Shown piece after piece: positions 53,980 through 64,000 of a stretch of DNA of 64,000 nt (position 1 is its first letter; each line of letters starts with the position of its first letter). Under the pieces are notes generated by a model that saw only the letters and a list, made by a program, of their open reading frames with translations, was not told the origin of the DNA and did no database searches. Both the position numbers and the translations under genes were made by a program. Source of the stretch: Octopus vulgaris (lineage: Eukaryota); the NCBI GenBank assembly GCA_951406725.2, contig OX597833.1, forward strand, positions 44,516,001-44,580,000, written 5' to 3'.

Positions 53980-55070
53980 AGGCGGCGAGCTGGCAGAATC
54001 GTGAGCACGCCGGGCGAAAAGCTTAGCGGTATTTCGTCAGCTGTTAGGTTTTGAGTTCGAATTCCGCCGAGGTCGACTTTGCCTTTCATCATTTCGGGGT
54101 CAATAAATTAAGTACCAGTTACGCACTGGGATCGATCTAATCGACTTAATCCCTTTGTCTGTCCTTGTTGGTCCCCTCTATGTTTAGCCCCTTGTGGGCA
54201 ATAACGAAATAAGAATCGTTAGCACGTCGGGCGAAAAGCTTAGCGGTGTTTCGTCCGCTGTTAGGTTTTGAGTTCGAATTCCGCCGAGGTCAACTTTGCC
54301 TTTTATCCTTTCGGGGTCAATAAATTAAGTACCAGTTACGCACTGGGATCGATCTAATCGACTTAATCCCTTTGTCTGTCCTTGTTGGTCCCCTCTATGT
54401 TTAGCCCCTTGTGGGCAATAACGAAATAAGAATCGTTAGCACGTCGGGCGAAAAGCTTAGCGGTATTTCGTCCGCTGTTAGGTTTTGAGGTCGAATTCAG
54501 CCGAGGTCGACTTTGCCTTTCATCCTTTCGGGGTCAATAAATTAAGTACCAGTTACGCACTGGGATCGATCTAATCGACTTAATCCCTTTGTCTGTCCTT
54601 GTTGGTCCCCTCTATGTTTAGCCCCTAGTGGGCAATAACGAAATAAGAATCGTTAGCACGTCGGGCGAAAAGCTTAGTGGTATATTTCGTCTGCTGTTAG
54701 GTTTTGAGTTCGAATTCCGCCGAGGTCGACTTTGCCTTTCATCCTTTCGGGGTCAATAAATTAAGTACCAGTTACGCACTGGGATCGATCTAATCGACTT
54801 AATCCCTTTCTCTGTCCTTGTTGTTCCCCTCTATGTTTAGCCCCATTTGGGCAATAACGAAATAAGAATCGTTAGCACGTCGGGCGAAAAGCTTAGCGGT
54901 ATTTCGTCCGCTGTTAGGTTTTGAGTTCGAATTCCGCCGAGGTCGTCCTTGCCTTTCATCCTTTTGAGGTCGATAAAATTAGTACCGGTTATGTACTGGG
55001 GTCGATGTAATTGACTTAATCGCTTCCCCCAAAATTTGAGGCCTTCTGCTTCCAGTAGAAAGGATTTATT
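53980..55070 (+). repeat. Tandem array of ~5 SINE family A units (~218 bp period)
   Basis: Repeating aagaatcgttagcacgtcgggcgaaaagc...ggcaataacgaaat. Confidence 0.92.
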
Positions 55071-55199
55071 AAAGTTGAAAAAGTATGACATACTGACATT
55101 CACACTTATTATATTAGATATGTTTAATTTTGGGGAAACTTTATTTCAATTAAGGTGTATTATATATATGTGTGTGTGAGTGTGTGTCTCTTCTCTTTC

Positions 55200-55584
55200 T
55201 CTCTTTTTACTTGTTTCAGTCATTTTGACTGCGGCTATGCAGGTGCACCGCTTTTAATCGAGCAACTCGACCCCGGGACTTATTCTTTGTAAGCCCAGTA
55301 CTTATTCTATCGGTCTCTTTTGCCTAACCTCTAAGTTACGGGGACAAAAACACACCAGCATCGGTTGTCAAGCAATGCTAGGGGGACAAACACAGACATA
55401 CAAACATACACGCACATACATATAAATATATATATACGACAGGCTTCTTTCAGTTTCCCTCTACCAAATCCACTCACAAGGCATTGGTCGGCCTGAGGCT
55501 ATAGCAGAAGACACTTGCAGTGGGACTGAACCCGGAACCATGTGGTTGGGAAGCAAGCTACTTACCACACAGCCACTCCTGCGC

Positions 55585-55585
<1 letters not shown>
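55200..55585 (-). mobile_element. SINE family B
   Basis: Reverse match. Confidence 0.85.
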
Positions 55586-55622
<37 letters not shown>

Positions 55623-55626
<4 letters not shown>

Positions 55627-55870
55627 TCATCATCATCATCATCATCATCATCGTTTAACGTCCGTTTTCCGCGCTAGCACGGGTTGGACGGTTCGACCGG
55701 GGTCTGGGAAGCCAGGGGCCGCTCCAGGCTCCAGTCTGATTCTGGCAGAGTTTCTACGGCTGGATGCCCTTCCTAACGCCAACCACTCCGTGAGTGGATT
55801 GGGTGCTTTTTACGTGCCACCTGCACAGGGGCCGGGGGTCCGGCATCGGTCACGATCGGTTCGAGCTTTT
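55623..55870 (-). mobile_element. Retroposon 3' end with (GAT)n tail (RTE-associated SINE/LINE-like)
   Basis: Minus strand ggttggcgttaggaagggcatccagccgtagaaa ... gttaaacgatgatgat. Confidence 0.6.
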
Positions 55871-56394
55871 AACGTGCCAGGGACACGGGGGCAACGGGAT
55901 GCGGGGTAGAGTTGAGTTGGGGGGGTCCAGCTGAGAAAGGTTTCACCAGTGAAAAGAGAGGGAGAGATAGTAAAGGGGTGCAGGTAATATAGGGGAGCAC
56001 CAGTGGGGAAGGTTGGGGGAGGAGGAACGATGGCAGGAAAGGTTGGTGAAGGTTCGTAAGAAATATAAACGTAGGATGTGTATATATATATATGGGTAGG
56101 TGTGGGGAAGGTTGGGTGGGTAAGGAGGAACGATGGCAGGAAGGGTTGGTGCAGGTTCGTAAGAAATAAAAACGTAGGATATTACGAGGCATGGAGGGGA
56201 CTGGAAGGAGATAGTAGGATTGAGGCAGTGTCAGATTCAAAACAGGAGGAAGCGTAAGATCAGAGGGCGGTTGATGAGCTGAGACGCTAGCAGCTTGTCT
56301 TTTCTCAGTGAAAGCATATGAGGAGAAGGGGTAGGAAGGGGGTGGTGGGGGAGGAGGAGGGAGTATCCGGTGTAGATGGTGAGAACAGTGTTCA

Positions 56395-56978
56395 CCGGTA
56401 TTGGTGGTATTGGCGGTGGTGGGGGTGGTGTGGTGGTGGTTGGTATTGGTGGTGGGGGTGGTATTGGTGGTGGTGGGGGTGGTATTGGTGGTGGGGGTGG
56501 TATTGGTGGTGGTGGTATTGGTGGTGGTGGGGGTATTGGTGGTGGGGGTATTGGTGGTGGTGGGGGTATTGGTGGTGGTGGTGGGGGGTGGGGGTATTGG
56601 TGGTGGTGGTGGTGGGGTATTGGTGGTGGTGGTGGGGGTATTGGTGGTGGGGGTATTGGTGGTGGGGGTATTGGTGGTGGTGGGGTATTGGTGGTGGGGG
56701 TGGTATTGGTGGTGGGGGTATTGGTGGTGGGGGTGGTGGGTATTGGTGGTGGGGGTGGGGGTGGTGGGGGTGGTATTGGTGGTGGGGGTGGTATTGGTGG
56801 TGGGGGTGGTAGTGGAGGTGGGGGGGGTATTGGTGGTGGGGGTGGGGTGGTGGTATTGGTGGTGGGGGTGGGGTATTGGTGGTGGGGGGGGTTATTGGTG
56901 GTGGGGGTGGTATTGGTGGTGGTGGGTGGTATTGGTGGTGGGGGTATTGGTGGTGGGGGTATTGGTGGTGGGGGTGGG
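56395..56978. repeat. G-rich minisatellite (GGT/GGGGGTATT variants)
   Basis: Directly visible; source of the poly-G/P/V ORFs. Confidence 0.97.
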
Positions 56979-56989
56979 AGGGCGGGCGC

Positions 56990-57441
56990 ACCGCGCAATG
57001 GGAGAAGATGAGATTTTTAGGCGGCAGAAAGAAAGACAGGATTTGAGATGGAATGCTTTGCGATCGTGTGCATAAGTTTCTATGAGTGGAAGTTGGGAAA
57101 AGATGGGTTAGAGAATTTAGCGACAGAAAGAAAGACCAAATTTGAGACGAGATGTTTTTGCGAAGTTTTTGTAAATGAAAGTTTATATGCTTCAGCTAGC
57201 ATTTGAGACGAAAGACAACGATAACGCCAATATATGGGGAAACAATAATAATAAGAAGGCTTGATGGTGATGATGATACTTGCAAAAACAATGAAAAGAA
57301 GGAACAGGACTTAGCTGATATTTTTCATCCTGCGTATTGGCTAAGCCTGTGGAAGCGAGTGAAGGCGAGATATATATACAGAGAGAGAGAGAGACAGTGA
57401 TAACAGAGGGAGAAACCGACATCACATAGCGAGAGAGAGAG

Positions 57442-57482
<41 letters not shown>

Positions 57483-58165
57483 GTGATAACAGAGGGACAA
57501 AAACGACACCGCGCAATGGGAGAAGATGAGATTTTTAGGCGGCAGAAAGAAAGACAGGATTTGAGATGGAATGCTTTGCGATCGTGTGCATAAGTTTCTA
57601 TGAGTGGAAGTTGGGAAAAGATGGGTTAGAGAATTTAGCGACAGAAAGAAAGACCAAATTTGAGACGAGATGTTTTTGCGAAGTTTTTGTAAATGAAAGT
57701 TTATATGCTTCAGCTAGCATTTGAGACGAAAGACAACGATAACGCCAATATATGGGGAAACAATAATAATAAGAAGGCTTGATGGTGATGATGATACTTG
57801 CAAAAACAATGAAAAGAAGGAACAGGACTTAGCTGATATTTTTCATCCTGCGTATTGGCTAAGCCTGTGGAAGCGAGTGAAGGCGAGATATATATACAGA
57901 GAGAGAGAGAGACAGTGATAACAGAGGGAGAAACCGACATCACATAGCGAGAGAGAGAGAGCGAGAGAGAGAGAGAGAGAGAGAGACATAGTGATAACAG
58001 AGGGACAAAAACGACACCGCGCAATGGGAGAAGATGAGATTTTTAGGCGGCAGAAAGAAAGACAGGATTTGAGATGGAATGCTTTGCGATCGTGTGCATA
58101 AGTTTCTATGAGTGGAAGTTGGGAAAAGATGGGTTAGAGAATTTAGCGACAGAAAGAAAGACCAA

Positions 58166-58170
<5 letters not shown>
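56990..58170. repeat. Tandem repeat, ~510-518 bp unit x ~2.3
   Basis: ccgcgcaatgggagaagatg starts at 56991, 57509 and 58017. Confidence 0.95.
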
Positions 58171-58249
<79 letters not shown>

Positions 58250-58253
<4 letters not shown>

Positions 58254-58414
58254 GACGGGCTTCTTTCAGTTTCCGTCTACCAAATCCACTCACAAGGCTT
58301 TGGTCGGCCCGAGGCTATAGTAGAAGACACTTGCCCAAGGTGCCACGCAGTGGGACTGAACCCGGAACCATGTGGTTGGTAAACAAGCTACTTACCACAC
58401 TGCCCCTCCTGCGC
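58250..58414 (-). mobile_element. SINE family B, 5' half
   Basis: Reverse match to the head region. Confidence 0.8.
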
Positions 58415-58564
58415 TGTGGATTTAAAAAAAGCAAAAAATAAAACAAATATGATAGTGCTCAGTATGTTGACAATAGGAATTTCTGTCAAAGAGACATGGT
58501 TAAACAAAGTTGTACATCATCTCCCTCTTTCTCTCACATACCCACTCTTTTTTCTCTATCCCCC

Positions 58565-58604
<40 letters not shown>

Positions 58605-58726
58605 CTCTCACTCTCTCTATTATCATTATTATTATTACTCCCACTGCCACCATGAAAACTGCTACTTTTAATAAATCATCATCAACTCTCCCTAAATTTC
58701 TTTGTCTCTCTTTCTCTCCGTCTCTT

Positions 58727-58788
<62 letters not shown>

Positions 58789-59033
58789 CACAGCCCTCAC
58801 CGTCTCCATGCCTACTATTACTCTCACTCCAGCACGAATAGTGAGAGAGGGGGTCAAAATGGGACACACTAACACACAGAAATTAGTTTCTGCATTTATT
58901 ATATTATATGTATGTATGTGTGTATGTGTGTATGTATGTATGTATGTATGTATGTATGTATGTATGTATGTATGTATGTATGTGTATGTATGCATGCATG
59001 CATGTATGTATGTATGTATGTATGTATGTATGT

Positions 59034-59109
<76 letters not shown>

Positions 59110-59804
59110 GCAGGAAGGCAGACTGACAGACAGATAGACAAACGGACAGATAGATATTTTCACACATACATACATATAATACATACATCCAAACATACAT
59201 ACATACATACGTACATACATACATACATGCATACATACATACATACATACATACATACATACATACATACATACATACATACATACATACATACATACAT
59301 ACATACATACATGCATACATTATGAGAGAGAATGACAGAGAGAGAAAGAGAACTATTTCACACTTTGCATTACATGCCACTCATTCACTCACACTTCAAA
59401 TTTCACTTTCAACTTCTCACCTTCACACATTTAGCGCTCTATTTTTACTGTTACCTATCATTTGATAACAATTTTTACCTGGATCAGTTATGCTTTGTGG
59501 TGAAACTACAATTCCTGAGAGGCGTAGATTATTTCCTCCTTTGTCTTCTGGCCTTTTAACTGCGATGAAGCTCTTATTTATAATAACGCTGCGGCCTTCT
59601 GACAATTCAGTTTCTGGTGATTGTAAGTTAAAAAATAGGATCTTCAGAATTCCTTTTTCATTTTCCTCTCGTATCACCATTATTCTCTTTATATAATTCT
59701 AACCCCCCTCACACTCTGCCTCTCTATTTATATATGTACACACATACACACACACACACACACACGCACACATACACACATATATATATGCACACAGATA
59801 CACA

Positions 59805-59843
<39 letters not shown>

Positions 59844-59894
59844 TACATCCAGCGTGTCGTTATATTTATATACACACACACTTATATATACATA

Positions 59895-59934
<40 letters not shown>

Positions 59935-60127
59935 CCTCGTCTGTATCACTAGCGATTTTTCCCCTGTCTTCCCTTCTCGGGATCTTTCCTTCTCCTATGT
60001 TTCCAACGAAGAGCTCCGCTCGAAACGTCAGACCCTCCTTCTTCCCTTCTTTCCTGAGCGTCCAATAATACTTTATTTGTTCCACGTCCTTGCGTTGTTG
60101 TTTTTTTTGTTTTTTTCTTGTTTGGAT

Positions 60128-60190
<63 letters not shown>

Positions 60191-60355
60191 GCACACAAAC
60201 ACACGACAGTTTATAAAGGAAACGGGTTAATAGTAATCAATACATTGTATAGTTTTGTTTATATATTATTTAATTTAAGGATTGGATCAATATTTAAAAT
60301 TCTCTTCCTTTGTAGGGTTTCTCTCTCTCCCCCTTTCTCTCTCTCTCTCTCTCTT

Positions 60356-60484
<129 letters not shown>

Positions 60485-60944
60485 ATTTATTTATTCACTT
60501 ATTTACTTACCTATATATATACACAGTATAATATTATTATGTCTGCAAGTCGGAAACTTTACGAAGCAAAAAGCAAACAGTTATCAATATTTCGCGAAAA
60601 AGCAAATTTACTATTAAAGATGACTATCTTTCAATTATTTCGTGTTTTCTCGCCGAAGAAGCGTTCAACAGATATTTCAACGAGTCAAATAATTTTGGGC
60701 CATTTTCAGATTCCGATTTGGTTTCTTCCTCTAAATCTCCCCTCTAAGCCTTTTGAGTATCGAAGTGTACTGTTCGTTGTTCATTGTGCAGCTACGCACT
60801 AAAAATTCAAAGAGAATTATGCCCATATCATCTAAAAAGACAAAACAGTTACTATGACTTCCTGTACCGAATCTGGTAGTCCTTGTAACACCATTCACTC
60901 ACCAACTCTCTCTCTCTTTCTCTCTCTCTTTCTTTCTTTCTCTC

Positions 60945-60984
<40 letters not shown>

Positions 60985-61072
60985 CCTATCTGAAACACAC
61001 ATGCACACGTACATACAAAACTGGTGTACGCATATGTATTGATGTATGTACGCCTTCACTCACTCTCACGCT

Positions 61073-61106
<34 letters not shown>

Positions 61107-61652
61107 TCCTCTACTCTCTCTTTCTCTCTTTTCCTCTCTCTTTTTCTCTCTTTCTCTCTTTCACAGGTACTCGGCCAATTCATATACACATACATATACA
61201 CAATTCATATACACAAACAAAAGTAAATAAAGAAAATTTTTTTACGGAAATTAACGAACTCCGGATGATCAAATCACATTCAGTTAAAAATATTTCTAAT
61301 TAAAATATTGTTTACGTCAAAAAGTAGACTTTTTTCTTAGAGGCGCGCAACTATGTGTGTGTATATGTCACAGATAGCGGACGTGTGTTTGTGATGATTG
61401 ACAAGCCATGACATTCATCATATGTGTGTGTATTCTGTATGTGTGTGTGTGAATGTGTGTGTTGATTTCCTGTTTTTTTCGACAGGAAATAACAGACAAA
61501 AATTGTGTTTAATCATTAATAAATAGAATCCCAAATATCACAAAAATTTGTACTGCACTGCCGAAGGTAAGTATGAAACACAATATGTAAAAAAATTAAG
61601 ATAAAATATACTATTTCTGAGATATTTTGGTTACACACAAACATCCCTACAG

Positions 61653-61730
<78 letters not shown>

Positions 61731-61734
61731 AATA

Positions 61735-62409
<675 letters not shown>

Positions 62410-62499
62410 GTATGTATAAATTATACAGGTTGTCTCGTAGTCATGGAACACATCTTAAAATCAAGTAACTAAGACTGGAACACACATTTATTACAAATA

Positions 62500-62577
62500 T
62501 TGCTTTGGCGATGCATAATAGAGAAGATTAGCACGGTCCCTGCGCGAGGATCACACAAACATTTGTAAAGCGTTCCT
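62500..62577 (+). pseudogene. Degenerate U6 snRNA retrocopy
   Basis: agagaagattagcacggtccctgcgcgaggatcacac...gtaaagcgttcc aligns to U6 ACAGAGAAGATTAGCATGGCCCCTGCGCAAGGATGACACGCAAATTCGTGAAGCGTTCC. Confidence 0.85.
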
Positions 62578-62852
62578 AATAAATCACCGTAATCTAAGCG
62601 ATTCGGCTAGAGATACGATAGAACAAGTACGAAACTTTTAAAACATAAATACTAGAGTCAGTTCAATTCTTTCGACTACAGCCCTTCAAAGCAGTGTCTC
62701 AACATGGTCGCAGTCCAGTGATTGAAATAAGTGAATGACAAAAGATAATATTATGGATAAAATGTGTCCGATCATAATGAGTCTCCGCGTATATACTTTC
62801 TTATATAACCTTTGATTTACTGTTCCTTATTTTGTTTTGTTTTTCATTACAG

Positions 62853-63173
62853 ATATGAGCTTATTTATATCACCGACAGCTGGTCTTGACATAAGAGGGA
62901 TAACTAAAGTCGCTCTAATATGTAGCTATAATGTGCCAAAGCTCACTACTTTCGAACTCTTTGCAAAGACCAAATCTGTGGTAAAGATGTCATTCCAGAC
63001 AAACAAAAAGACTGCGAATAAACTCATACACAAACGAGATGGTTTTGACTGTACTTTAATTGTTGCTTCTAAAGGGGATATTATCTGCTGGAAAATTAAC
63101 AGCACATGCAAAGATGAAGGACCTTACAGATGTGCAACAGATAAAAAATCTTCAAAACCGAAAATATTAACAG
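62853..63173 (+). CDS. IgSF gene 4, Ig V-like exon (leader not identified; C exon expected beyond the window)
   Basis: Acceptor ttttcattacag, donor ACAG|gtcagt, 321 nt, phase 1-1. ALICSY...RDGFDC...ICWKINSTCKDEGPYRCAT. Confidence 0.88.
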
Positions 63174-63224
63174 GTCAGTTCTTCCCGTTTTGTCTCTTAT
63201 ATTGTTTATATCATTAATCATTAA

Positions 63225-64000
63225 CAGTATTTCGTCCGTCTTTACGTTCTAGGTTCAAATTCCGCCAAGGTCGGCTTTGCCTTTTATCCTCTCGGAGTCG
63301 ATAAGTATCAGTCAAGCACTGGGGTCGATGTAATCGACTTACCCCTCCCCTTCGATTGCTGGCTTTGTGCCAAAATTTGAAACCATTATTCTTCAATAGC
63401 TGTGCGGTAAGGAGTTTACTTCCCAACCACATGGTTCCGGGTTCAGTCCAACTGAAAGGCAAGTGTCTACGACAAGAACCTTATGTTGGGATTCGTAGAT
63501 GGAAACTTAAAGAAGCCTGTCCTCTGTGTGTGTGTGTGTGTGTGTACGGGATGTTTGTGTCTGCGTACGTGTGTGTGTCTTTGTGTCCATTCCACCAACA
63601 CCACCGCTTGGCTTGTATGAGTGCCCGTAACTTAGTGGTTCGGCAAAGAGAATGATAGAATAACTACCAAGTTTTGAAAAGAAAATAAGTACTAGTATAG
63701 AACTAAACCCTTCAAGGCAGTGCCCCAGTATGACTGCAGTCCAATGAATGAAACAAGCAAAAGGAAGTAAAGAAAATTTTTGCTGCCGGTTTTCACACCA
63801 CTTTCGAGCACAAGTCTATACTCCACGAGTACGAGTACAAGTGTTTTCTTTTGGTTTTTTAAGTTTTCGTTGCGTTGCAAGTATTCTTTTACATGTTTCA
63901 GTCATTTGACTGTGGCCATGCTGGAGCAGTGCCTTTAGTCGAGCAAATCGACCTCAGGATCGGTTGTCAAGCGATGTTGTGGGGGACAAACACAGACACA
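63225..64000. mobile_element. Cluster of degenerate SINE A and B copies
   Basis: Partial family A 63225-63385 (+), family B 63400-63770 (+) and family B 63885-64000 (-). Confidence 0.7.

Noticed and set aside
53980-55070. CRISPR-like array
   Set aside because: Eukaryotic DNA; whole ~218-bp units repeat with no unique spacers.
56237-57075. Gly-rich / Pro-rich ORFs resembling structural proteins
   Set aside because: Open in many frames on both strands with irregular unit lengths; this is a minisatellite.

Overview
AT-rich, microsatellite- and SINE-dense animal genomic DNA. The repeat families point to an octopus or other coleoid cephalopod (inference). Most ORFs in the track are simple-repeat artefacts. 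The real content is a cluster of small, intron-containing immunoglobulin-superfamily genes with a Leader/V-like/C-like three-exon layout and phase-1 introns. They predict secreted, Lys-rich proteins of about 220 aa with no transmembrane segment. Gene 1 (- strand): L 8864-8816, V 7519-7199, C 4946-4642, plus a tandemly duplicated variant C exon at 930-626. Gene 2 (-): L 27048-27000, V 21898-21590, C 18628-18330. Gene 3 (+): L 35910-35946, V 39697-40017, C 40350-40660. A broken inverted leader copy lies at 33149, and a fourth V exon (+) at 62853-63173. V paralogues differ mostly in three loop regions at CDR-equivalent positions and share extra cysteines that predict a V-C interdomain disulfide. 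No RSS or J segments were seen, so the diversity looks germline-encoded. The intervening DNA holds tRNA-derived SINEs, Helitrons (one with a PIF1 helicase fragment), mariner and Chapaev3-like transposase relics, a Gypsy-like integrase/LTR fragment, RLE-LINE and Penelope fragments, telomere-repeat-bearing MITEs, a U6 pseudogene, several fold-back palindromes and long simple repeats. All coordinates were read by eye. Exon edges were checked against splice sites; repeat edges are approximate.
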